From contig JARFYF010000059.1 of the NCBI GenBank assembly GCA_030265395.1, forward strand, positions 11,394,886 through 11,458,885: a stretch of 64,000 bases of DNA. Direction: 5' to 3'. Shown here piece by piece: positions 52,900-64,000 of this stretch. This stretch comes from Rhina ancylostomus (Eukaryota). The position numbers and the translations under genes are program-made. The notes beneath the pieces are model-generated. The model searched no databases. It was not told the DNA's origin and saw nothing but the letters and a program-made list of their open reading frames with translations. Positions within the stretch are counted from its first letter, which is position 1. Each line of letters starts with the position of its first letter.

Positions 52900-53910
52900 T
52901 CTTGTTTATTCCTTTTCTCAGTCATGGCTCACCACCTTCTTGAACTGCTGGTGAAGGTTTGCCAACAATGCCGTTGTCTGGGGAGTTTCAAGATTTAGAA
53001 CCAGCAATGAAGGATCAGCAATATATTTGTAATATATTCAAATTATTTCATGAGTAAGTGCCACTTGATGACACCTTCCATCGCTTTGCAGATGATTGAG
53101 AGAAGACTGTACAATAATTAGCTGGGCATACTTGAGCAATTTTCCACACCGTNNNNNNNNNNTCTACTTCCTTAGCTTTTGCTATATCTATTGCTCTCAG
53201 CTTTTTGTTGATATCACATGGACTGAGGCAAATTGGCTGGCTTCCGTGGGAACCTCAAGAGGAAGCAGAGATGGATTGCCCACTCTACACTTCTGGCTGG
53301 TTGCAATTGCTTTAGCCTTTAGCACTCACCTTGTTGAGGATGGAGCTGTTCTTGGTGCCTCCACCCCCTGATATCTGTACAGTTGCCCAGCATCATCCAC
53401 AAGTAATGTTGTAGGACTGCACAGCTTTGCTCTGACCTATTGGCTGTGAGATCTGCTAGCTCTGTTGCATGCTTTTGATGTTTGGCGTGCATGTGTTGTA
53501 CCTTCATCTTTGGCACCTTCTTAGTAGATAACCTGGTGCTGCTCCTGGAACTCTTATTTGCACTTTTCTGTGAAGCGGGACTTATCCATTGATACGATTT
53601 TAATGGCAGAGTGAGCAAAATGGCAGGCCATGAAGTTACCAAAACAGTATAATTTATTTCTGCTGATACTGATGGTCCATAGGACCTCATGAATGCCGAG
53701 TTTTCAGATGCAAGATCTATTCTGAGTCTATCCCATTTAATATGAAGACAAGATTGTAGGTGGTCACCTCTACCAATGTTGTCATGGAGAAATGCATCTG
53801 CCACAGGTAGATTGATGTGGACCAACTTAAGTAGATTTATCCTTCAATTTGGCTTGATTCAGGACTTTGCCAGCTTGGTTAATGATGATGCTACCAAGCC
53901 AGTTATTGGG
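52900..53910 (-). mobile_element. Decayed non-LTR retrotransposon (CR1/L2-group; endonuclease to 3' tail)
   Basis: INLPVADAFLHDNIGRGDH (APE endonuclease C-terminal SDH motif) and a tail related to those at about 372-450 and 41780-41860. A plus-strand relative lies at about 51690-52150. Confidence 0.55.
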
Positions 53911-54119
53911 TAGAAATATGCCAAAGTGAAAGTATTCCTTTAAGAAATCAATAGAGGGTATAACTTGATGATTCAAGGAATTAAAAACAAATCAAAGTTG
54001 GTTTTAAGTGCATAGTCTTATTTGAAACTGAGGCACAAAGTCAGAAAGGTTTTAGATTCAATCCTTGGTCTATGCTGAACTAGATGATTTTAGACAATGC
54101 AGAAGAAAGATTCAAAAAG

Positions 54120-55250
54120 GTAAAACACAAAAAGCTATGGGTATTGGAAATTTGAAATAACACAAGAAGATACAGGAAAAAGTCAACAGGTTATAGATTA
54201 CATGTGGAGATGGAAACAGTATTATCATCAAACTGAAATGTTATTTCATCAGAACTAGAAAACAAGCACGTTATAAGTTGCAGAAAAGAGGCAGGTTAGA
54301 GAAATAAAAGGGAATATTTGAGATAAACTAGAGACCGAGAAAAACTGAATGACAGAGATGGCGTTGGGGCTAGTTGAGAGAGGGAGAGAGGGAAATCTGA
54401 AATAAAAGAGAATGCTGGAAATGCCCAGCAGATCAGACAGCATCCGTGGAGAGAAGAAAACTTAGTTAACTTTACAGGTTGATAGCACTAGCAGTCTTGA
54501 TGCAAGGTTAACACAGACTGTAAAAGCTCGTTATCTGAAATTGTTGAATTCAATACATATTTTATTTTTAGACAAACATTAAGCAGAAGTACGGCACAAA
54601 ATCAATCATAGTTAATGCAACTGTTTGATGAGTTTACCCTGAAGAAATGAGAACATGGATTTGAAATAAGGTTNNNNNNNNNNNNNNNNNNNNNNNNNNN
54701 NNNNNNNNNNNNNNNNNNNNNNNNNNNNNNNNNNNNNNNNNNNNNNNNNNNNNNNNNNNNNNNNNNNNNNNNNNNNNNNNNNNNNNNNNNNNNNNNNNNN
54801 NNNNNNNNNNNNNNNNNNNNNNNNNNNNNNNNNNNNNNNNNNNNNNNNNNNNNNNNNNNNNNNNNNNNNNNNNNNNNNNNNNNNNNNNNNNNNNNNNNNN
54901 NNNNGCTGCAACAGCCCTAGTCAGAAGCTATTTCTCAAGCTGACAACAGGCCCAAGTTTGGAACAGAGAGGTCAGAATGGGAGTGGGACAGAAAATTAAA
55001 GCGACAGGTAACCAGAAACTCAGAGTCACCCATGCAGAATGCACAAAGGTGCTCTGTAAAGCATTTGGGTAATCTGCATTTGGTTTCTTCATTGTAGAGA
55101 AAACCATAATGTAAGCACTAAATGCAGTGAGCTACTTTGGAAGAAAAGTACTCGTACTGCTGCTTCACCTGAAAGGACTGTTTAGGTCCTTGGGTGATGG
55201 GAAGAGGTGTTCCATCTTACATGGTTGCATTGAAAGGTTTCATGAGAAGT
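54120..55250 (-). mobile_element. Penelope-like element (GIY-YIG end and pLTRs), interrupted at 54557
   Basis: Minus-strand YNEETKCRL and PKDLNSPFR/KQSFQV-type remnants; pLTR tails (reverse complement of atgctggaaatgcccagcagatcagacagcatccgtggagaga). Confidence 0.65.
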
Positions 55251-57099
55251 GTACTATTGAACCTGGGCTAGGACTAATTAACTGTCTAGTGATACACTGT
55301 TGTAAGAAGGCCTTCATTTTCTTCCACATAACAACATCCTGGCATGGTAGCAGAGGCTGCAAAAGTTCCATGATCTGTGTTCTTGGATGACTTCAGTGAG
55401 GACAGAAAAAAATGGATGGAGAAAGTCACAAAATAAAAGCAAGTTCCTTCTTCCAAACAGGAATACAAGTCTGGTGAGGGATCTTATTTCAAATCATGCT
55501 CCCATTTCTTCAGGGTAAAATCATCAAACAGTTGCATCAATTTATGATTGATTTTGTGCCTTGCTTCTATTTAATGCTTGTCTAAAAATAAAGTATGCAG
55601 CACAGCTTTGGTCACGAAGTCACACTTTGGCTCCTTCACCTGTTCCTCTGACACATTCTCTTCAGAAAATATTACCTTGTTCACCCCTCGCACATCTTTA
55701 AAAATCTCATGACCAGTGATGACTTTTTTTTACTGGAATAGGCTTGACATTGACACAAATCAAACTGCAGGGCAGGGAATCTGCAAAGTGCATTCCATGT
55801 TAGTTGCTTTTGACTACACTAGAGTAAATAAGGAAATAACAAGAGAAAGACAACCATATCTAATATTTCTGACAGGGACTTTTTGCACAGTGACCTCAGC
55901 AGAATGTGCCACGTGCAATTTGGAATTAAAATGCTGTGAAGCTGAAAGCTGATCAGATATCACTTCATTGAAATGTCACTTATGCAAAACAAGCAGAGGA
56001 GATTTCATAAGATTGAGAAGCCCTTGGAGAATGGCCAAAACCTATAGGAAGGGGCATATTTGAGATGAAAAGGTAAATAACAATCAGGTAACTTGAAGTT
56101 TGGGATTATAAAAGATGAATTTAAAAGTACTGAGGAAAGAAAGGAATTAGAAATTTTCAATACTAAGAAAGAATGAATTCATCATCATTTTTTTTTCTTA
56201 AAATAATTGTCAATAAGTTAACTATTTAGTCTTAATTTCAACAAAGAAGATTCAAGGAGGAGGAAAATGCATCAGTTTGGTACTTGAAAATTAGGAGGAA
56301 TGGGAGAATTGTTTAACTGTTTACTTTTGACTAATTTAACAAAAGGGGAATTTCTCCAACAAACAAAATAATTCTTAACAAAATGGAAGGAAATGTTCAG
56401 TTATTCCAGGTTTGTAGTACCTTGAATATAGATTATTAGCCAATAAACTAAGTTAAGTGTATAAGATGATGCAAATTTTCATGTCGATGAGAAGACCAGG
56501 GCGTTTGGCAGATTGGGGAAAAAAGGGTCCCTTTTCATGGGACACTGGCACCATTATTAAGATAGGTCTGAGATGTACCAATGGACAGGACCAATGAACA
56601 AGTTAAAAGGATAAATAGCAAGTTGATAAGGCTTTAAACTAGTAAGACTGGATTGAGCTGGAGGGGGAGTTGGTTGGCGTTGGTGGAGAGGGATTGACAA
56701 GAATTGGACCAAGCCTAGGTATAACATAAAATTAAGGATTAGGTAAAAGGGATGAGGACTAGGAAATGACCACTTTCTAACCAAATGTTTGGGAACTGCA
56801 CAGGATATAGTAATGTGGAATTAAATAAAGGAGATAAAAATATATGAAATGGGATCAGGACCAGGCTATACAACCATCAGGTCTGTTCTGCTATTCAAAG
56901 AGAAACTTAATCCCACACATTTCCCATATTCCTCAATTTTCTTGGATTACAAATCAAGAACAAAACAGAGGAACATCCAGGTAATAGTTACCAATAGATA
57001 ACAATATTTCAAAATAATGATTGAGAAGGACATAAACATGCAAAGTCCTGGTTAATAGAATGGTGAAAATCAAATTTTGTGGAGAATAGAGTGGAATTT

Positions 57100-57985
57100 G
57101 CGAATTGGAATTGGTGTATTATTGTCTCATGTACCGAAATAGTGAAAAACTTATGTTTTGAAATAATCTGTATGGATGGCTTGTAAAACTAAGTACATTG
57201 AGGGAGGACAAGGTAAAAGCAATAACAGAATGCAGAATATAGTGTTACCGTCACAGTTACAGAGAAATTGCAGTGCAGGTAGACAATAAAGGTGCAAGGG
57301 CCATGACAAGATACATTGTGAAGTCAAGAATTCATCTTGAATATACAAGAGGTCCAGTCAAGAGTCTTATAACAGCAGGAGAGAAGCTGCCCTTGAGCCT
57401 GGTGGTGCGTGTTAAGCTTTTGAATCTTCTACCTGATGGAAGGAGGGAGAAGAGAGAATAACCGGGGCGGGAGGGATCTTTGATTATGCTGTCTGCTTTT
57501 CCGAAGCAGCGAGAAATGTTGATAGAATCCGTGGAGGGGAAACTGGTATTTGTGATAGACTGAGCTGTATCCACAACACTCTGCAATTTCTTGCAGTCTT
57601 GGGCAAAGCAATTGCCATACCAAGCTGTGATACATCCAGATAGGATGCTTTCAATGGTGCATCTATAAAGATTGGTGAGGGTCAATGAGGACATGTTGAA
57701 TTTCCTTATCCTCCTGAGGAAATAGAGGTTCTGGTTTGCTTTCTTGGCCATAGCGTATATGTGGTTGGATTAAGAAAAGCTATTATTGGTGATGTTAACA
57801 TCTAGGAACTTGAAGCTCTCAACCATCTCCACCATTGATACATACAGGGGCACGTGCTCTGTGCTGCTTCCTGAAGTCAATGACAAGCTCTTTCGTTTTG
57901 TTTGAGGGAAAGGTTGTTGTCCTGATACCATGCCACTGGGGTCTCTATCTCCTTCCTGTACTCTATATCATCATTATTTGAGATG
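57100..57985 (-). mobile_element. Rex1/Babar LINE 3' fragment
   Basis: ORF 57332-57751: AKKANQNLYFLRRIRKFNMS..YRCTIESILSGCITAWYGNC..LFSLLPSGRRFKSL..SFSPAVIRLL. Upstream RT remnant WYQDNNLSL; ccaatt-type tail. Confidence 0.9.
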
Positions 57986-59269
57986 GGTTCAATTCCAGGC
58001 TGATCCATCAGGCAAGAGTTCTCTGATGGTTGGCATTGAGTTTTGGATCCAAATATTCCAACATGGACAGAGGCCATTCTGTTCATCACTCGAACCAGCA
58101 CTCTGGGTCACCTTATGTTCTTATTCTTCTGGCTTGTTAACCAAACCTCAATTTTAATTTTTTCAGAAAATAATAGCTAGTGAAGTCTTGAAGATTTGAA
58201 ACCTTGAAATGCTTTACTTTTTAAATAAATTCAGAGTCAATGATGGAATTCACAGCAACTGCAAAAAAGGAATTTAGGTCAGTCAATCATATGATTTAGT
58301 CTACTCTCATTTTGCCTCCTGAAAAAAAGTAATTATTTTATTCCTGGTTTTCTATCTTTTCTGTGTAAAAGAATATCTTTATTTAAACAGCCAGTTCTGC
58401 TGATTATATTCAAGGAACCTTATCGAAGTTAATGAGGCTAGCAGCGTGACAGAGCTGGATTAACACACGTGGTAGAAATGGCAAGATTGCTGAAGCGCTC
58501 TGGATTAATGATCACAAATCTACTGATGTTAATTCAACTCCCACATACAACCCTGCGCAGGAACTCTTCCACACAGCATCTCCCAGCAGGCAGGGAAATG
58601 CAGAGGGCATGAGTGTTAATTCATGGTCTTTATAACTAGCTGAAATTTACAAGGCTTCTAATGATGATGACACTATTTCATTAAAAAAAACACAATGAAA
58701 AGCAAATGAGTTTACAAAGAATGCCAAAGGTCACTCGTAAAGGGATTCTTTATGGCTGGACTGGAAAACTGCCATGTGGTTATTTGTCACTTTCACCATG
58801 ATCATATCATATGCAACAGATCTAGTATTGTTGTGACTCGTCAACAGATTTTGTTGGGGTTTATTTGGTGTTGCAGAATTCAGTAAAAAGGACTGGCGCA
58901 CTCTTTTCTATTAGCATAGAAGTTACTGGCAGAATGTTTAATGCATTCATGTCCATTTCTCTCCATTAATTTAATGAGTGCGTTAACCCATTTAAATTGT
59001 GCAAACCAGCCATGTTACCACAATAAATAAAGAGGGCAGCAAAAATTGGTGCTCCTTGGGTGACCAGAGAAATTAAAATTAATAAGAACCATATGACACA
59101 TCTGAGACTATTAGCATCAAAGAGAGTGTGGGAAATAAAATATAGGAGAGGACATGTTAGAGAAAGACAGGCAAGGAACATAACAAGAAATAGTAGAGGT
59201 TTTGTTTGTATGTGTTTAAAACAATGGTAGACCTTATGAGGGGAAGGAAAGGTTACTTATCTTATATGA

Positions 59270-59660
59270 TGAAGGAATGTTAAGAATGCTAAACACATAT
59301 TTTGTCTCTGCTATTTCTGCAATCAAAAATAAAGTATAAGAATATGAAATAATTTGACAGAACTATAAATAAGAATTTACAACTTAAAATTTTCCAAGGG
59401 ACCGGGCCTTGGTGTCATTAGCTAAGATTTGAGACGTCCAGTATAGACATTGTCTTGAAGTTGTATATATATAGGTTGTCCCAAAGGACAGGCAAGCTGC
59501 CAATGTAATACTTACATTTAAAAATGGAGAAAAGAGTGCAGTGATTATCAACCATTCAGTGTAAATTTGATAACGCTTAAGTTTGCATGGAACACAATTA
59601 ATACTACTCTAGAAAAGTATTGCTAAAATTAAAGCTAATCACTGTGGATTTGTAAAGCAC
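59270..59660 (+). mobile_element. Old CR1 RT remnant
   Basis: MLNTYFVS, ANVILTFKNGEK and HCGFVK remnants. Confidence 0.45.
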
Positions 59661-61944
59661 TATAGCAATTATGAATTTCACACCTCCCACAGTGGATATT
59701 TGAATGGGCTTCCTGGACTGTAAACAGCTTTAACAGAAACACATTGGTCTAGAAATTCAATCATGTAACCCATGTTTTACAAGTGCAACAGAACTAAAGG
59801 GGAAAATGCACAGCAAACTACAATGGACATTTCCTAATGCATGCAGCACATGATGAGACTCTGAATTGCGTGTTTCCATGCACATAATAGGCTTATGCAC
59901 AAAGGTAGCTGGGCACACAGCGGTGAAAATCTGTTGGCATTCATTGCATGTTTGACGTTGTTGTAACACTGGAACACAAATATGTGACTGTCAAACAGCT
60001 TGGGGCTCAAACAAGGAAGCAGTTCTTAACAGAAGGTAGGTAGGTTCAGGAACAGAGATTACTAGCACCTTTCTTGGTTAGAACATGACAAAATTAATCT
60101 CTGATGCACTGATCATTTTGCTGGCAAGCCTACTTTTCTTTGAGGGGAACTCTCAACTGCTGCAATCCAATCCTCTCACCAGGTGACACATCTTTGCTGC
60201 CAAAATATCAATTCAACCATTAAAAAAGCCCGGTGTCCATTCCCATGTCCACCCTGGTGTTCTTATACCATAGTAAGCGCATGATTCCAGCAGCTATCCC
60301 AGCTGAGAACCAAAGCTTTAAGAACTCCTGTCAGAAAGGTAAAATCCAGTCATTTTTGCAGAACGCCACACCAGATGCACAGGAATCGTGTTGTATATGA
60401 ATAAGATATCTTGCATGTGAGAAAATCACTCCTTTATTGCCCCATGTTAAACTGGTAGACCTATAAGAGCCCTCCATGCAGCACCATTCCTGTCTTCCTG
60501 CGAGTTACAATTTCTTGGCCAACATCACACTCTTGCAAAGATTATCTTTATTTAACCACCACATACACATACTAAACAAGAAAGACAACTGGAACTGTCA
60601 GAGAGTCCTCGTGCTTGGCTAGCCAAATCAACTGTTGTTCAAAGTCAGAATTGTTAGATACCATTTTTTCAAGGCCGTGTCCTGGCCAACCAGAGTAAAA
60701 AAATTGTCAGATATAAATAAGCTTTTATTTTCCTTTTCTAGTCATTTCCTTCAAGCTCATCACGGGTGCTTGTTTCCTCCAGGCATGCCTTTGCTTGTAG
60801 CTGGTTAAATTTGGTTTAAAATTTAGTGTGCTTGCTTCACCATGTGCGTCACTTGCTGTAGTTTAGTGGAATGCTATCTCAAGACACTGACATTCCATTC
60901 AGCTCACTTGCAGCCATCCAAAGTCTGCCAGCTGTCTGATAAATAATGTCTATTAATGTTCTTATTTCTTAGCTTACAGTTTACTATGGTCTACACAGTA
61001 TTAATATTCTCCTAATATGTTGTTATTATTTCGATTTCCAAACTTTGCAGTATTTTAACTTTCTTATTAAAGTTTGTTAGGAATGTTTAAAACAGATTTT
61101 TCATTCAACACAAATCAAGTCTGACTAATTTAAGGAGCTTATAGAGGAAATAATGGAATGAGCTGATATAGAAAATGCATTGCATGTTTTGTACATGGGT
61201 TTTTNNNNNNNNNNNNNNNNNNNNNNNNNNNNNNNNNNNNNNNNNNNNNNNNNNNNNNNNNNNNNNNNNNNNNNNNNNNNNNNNNNNNNNNNNNNNNNNN
61301 NNNNNNNNNNNNNNNNNNNNNNNNNNNNNNNNNNNNNNNNNNNNNNNNNNNNNNNNNNNNNNNNNNNNNNNNNNNNNNNNNNNNNNNNNNNNNNNNNNNN
61401 NNNNNNNNNNNNNNNNNNNNNNNNNNNNNNNNNNNNNNNNNNNNNNNNNNNNNNNNNNNNNNNNNNNNNNNNNNNNNNNNNNNNNNNNNNNNNNNNNNNN
61501 NNNNNNNNNNNNNNNNNNNNNNNNNNNNNNNNNNNNNNNNNNNNNNNNNNNNNNNNNNNNNNNNNNNNNNNNNNNNNNNNNNNNNNNNNNNNNNNNNNNN
61601 NNNNNNNNNNNNNNNNNNNNNNNNNNNNNNNNNNNNNNNNNNNTCTTTTTCCCTTTTCCCTGGAGCAGACTCGATGGGCCGAATGGCCTACTTCTGCTCC
61701 CTTATCTTGTGATCTTGTGATTTGGGAAGGGATCTGACATGGTGGACTGGAAAGAGGCCATGAAAACCATCATTGAGCAATGGAGGGCCTATAACACAGG
61801 GACAGTTTGGATAAAAACCAGGGGAATTTCCAAAGAAAAACAGATGGCTGTGGGGTCAAAAGGTTCACCTTTGGTTACTCATGTTAAATGCATGCTTGAG
61901 TATTGGCCACTCATTGAATAATAGTATGGATGCAGAATGAATAC

Positions 61945-62165
61945 AAAGAGCTGAAGAAGTATTCTTGAAACACTTATCCTCAACCAAAATCAATAAATGC
62001 ATTATCTGATTATCTCATTCCCATGTGTGAGAACTTGGAGTGTGCAAATTGGCTGCCATGTTCCATTACATTAAAATAATATCCACACAAAAAGTTATTC
62101 ATTAAGTGTGAAGGGCTTTGAGATATTTTGAATGGCACTTTACAAATGCAAACTTTGTATTTCTT
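61945..62165 (+). mobile_element. Deu-domain SINE 3' half
   Basis: attatctgattatctcatt..gtgtgcaaattggctgccatgttcc..gggctttgaga..ggcactttacaaatgcaa. Confidence 0.65.
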
Positions 62166-62984
62166 TCCTACAGTATACTTGAATATCCAATTTCAAAGAT
62201 CCACCTGCATTCAAACTCCTTAAAAACCCTTTGTCCTCTTGAACAGAATGATTCCACCACATCTCTTGCTTCAGTAGCCCAATTCAGCTGCTCAACCACC
62301 AGCTTTTACCAAAAATGGAGGGAAACAAAGAAAGGGTGATGGTGTTCAAGACCTCACTGCAGAGATCTTGATAGAAGCCGAAACCCTTTTCACACTTCAG
62401 TGGTATTTGGATGAGCACTTGATGAGCTTCAGCCTTGAAGACAACAGCCAGAGACTTATAAGTGGGATTAGTATAAATATTTGTTTGATTAGCCTGGATA
62501 CATTTGGGCTCACCCTCTTCTGGAATCATAGAATCACTACAGCACAAAGAGATGTCATTCAGGTTATTGTGACTGTGCCATCTCCAAGCAGAGCAAATCT
62601 CATAATTTCCTTTCTCTGCTCTTTCCTCGTAGCTCCATCAATTATTTTCCCACAAATGCCCCAATTTACTTGCTCCCCCGCCCCCCCCCAGTTAACTTTG
62701 TAACTTTTCGCTGCATAAAAACTTTGTCACACATCCCTCTTATATCTTTTATCTTGAACAATAANNNNNNNNNNNNNNNNNNNNNNNNNNNNNNNNNNNN
62801 NNNNNNNNNNNNNNNNNNNNNNNNNNNNNNNNNNNNNNNNNNNNNNNNNNNNNNNNNNNNNNNNCAATAAACCCCAGCCCCCTAGTTTTTGAACCATTCA
62901 TTAGTGGGTGCAGATTCCCTCTATTTAACCAATCTAAATCGGTCATGATCTTGTACAGACCAATCAATCTAACATCAGTGGTGC

Positions 62985-63810
62985 AAAGACTGGTAATGAC
63001 TATTGTCAAGAACAATGCATACAAGATTGATGATACATAGATAGGCAGGAAAGTAACTTGTGAGGCAGAAGCAAAGGGATTTTGAAAGATTGAGTGTATG
63101 AACAGGAAGGTTACTGATGATGTACACTGTGGAAAAATGTGTATTTTTATGGGAAGAATAGAGTAATAAATACTTCTTAAGCAGTGAGAAATTAAAATAT
63201 GATGGCATACAGAGGGATCTCAGGATTGGTTTTTGAGATGCAGAAATTAAGCAAAATACCAAGCAAAATATGAAAAGAAATAATATGTTTGCTTTAATTA
63301 CAAGAAGTTGAAGTACAGAGCAGTGAAACATTTCTTACATTGTTCAGGGATTTGGTGAGACAAAATTGTAGTTTTGTATAGTTTGTTTCTTCAATACAAT
63401 AGAAGGATATCCTTGCCTCGGTGGCAGTGCAGAGGAGATATGCCGGTCCAAACTTCGGCTTGGGTTATATTATGAAAGGTGACTGAGGAAAATTGGCTCA
63501 TACAGTACTCACTGGAGCTTAGAAGAATGGGAACTGATCTCATTGAGACACATGATATGGTAGGAGCGATTGTTGGAATAGATACCAAGAGGCTGTTTCT
63601 TCTGACTGTAAAGTTTCAAACCAGGGAGCATATACTCAAGATTAGGTGTCCGCCATTTAGAACTGAGACGAAGAAGAATTTTTTTTATACACAGAGGATA
63701 AATATGACATTTTCAACACTAAAGAGAGCTACCAGCAAGGCTCAGGCCTTGAGTATGTTCAAGACTGAAATTGATAGATTTTCAGACTAGGGGATCAAGG
63801 GACATAAGGC
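62985..63810 (+). mobile_element. CR1 LINE RT-to-3' fragment
   Basis: KIDDT (FADDT-like), YSLELRRMGTDLIETH..QTREHILKIR..KKNFF, and MFKTEIDRF. Confidence 0.8.
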
Positions 63811-64000
63811 AATGGAATCAGCCCTTATATCACCAACTAAATTGGAAACAAAAGCCCCCAGGTGTCTGAGCTTCACCTNNNNNNNNNNNNNNNNNNNNNN
63901 NNNNNNCTTCCACCCTTACCACACATGCATGGCTCAAATGGATGAAAATAATCTAATACATTAACATTCACATGTAATGGAATATTTAACTTTTTAAATC

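Noticed and set aside
55960-56900. A-rich, strand-biased region resembling an old L1 ORF2
   Set aside because: No convincing motif series could be read; left unannotated.
30300-64000. KLHDC7A or PAX7 exons expected from human synteny
   Set aside because: No kelch, paired-box or homeobox coding sequence recognised. Short exons of another gene cannot be fully excluded.

Overview
Vertebrate genomic DNA from a gapped draft assembly. The repeat repertoire (HE1/V-SINEs, Deu-domain SINEs, CR1, Penelope-like elements, Rex1/Babar, RTE, Tx1, Harbinger) points to a cartilaginous fish, probably a batoid; this is an inference. The only host gene I can support is the 3' part of IGSF21 on the + strand: four coding exons (13092-13177, 23467-23659, 24506-24544, 26951-27024) that splice in frame into the last Ig domain and the C-terminal GPI-anchor signal. 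The rest is intron or intergenic DNA, dense in decayed transposons and interspersed with repeat-free, homeodomain-motif-rich islands that may be conserved enhancers (in human IGSF21 lies next to KLHDC7A and PAX7). The most unusual observations are: (1) the 3' 28 nt of mature tRNA-Pro, including CCA, fused to an LTR end and inserted without a TSD in a CR1, resembling a captured tRNA-primed strong-stop cDNA; (2) an RTE LINE with twin-priming-like 5' inversion geometry; (3) a fold-back Penelope element and about ten decayed minimal hammerhead ribozyme motifs; (4) two local inverted duplications; (5) a sense Tx1 poly(A) signal just upstream of the GPI exon. All family assignments come from manual motif recognition; no database searches were run and repeat boundaries are approximate.
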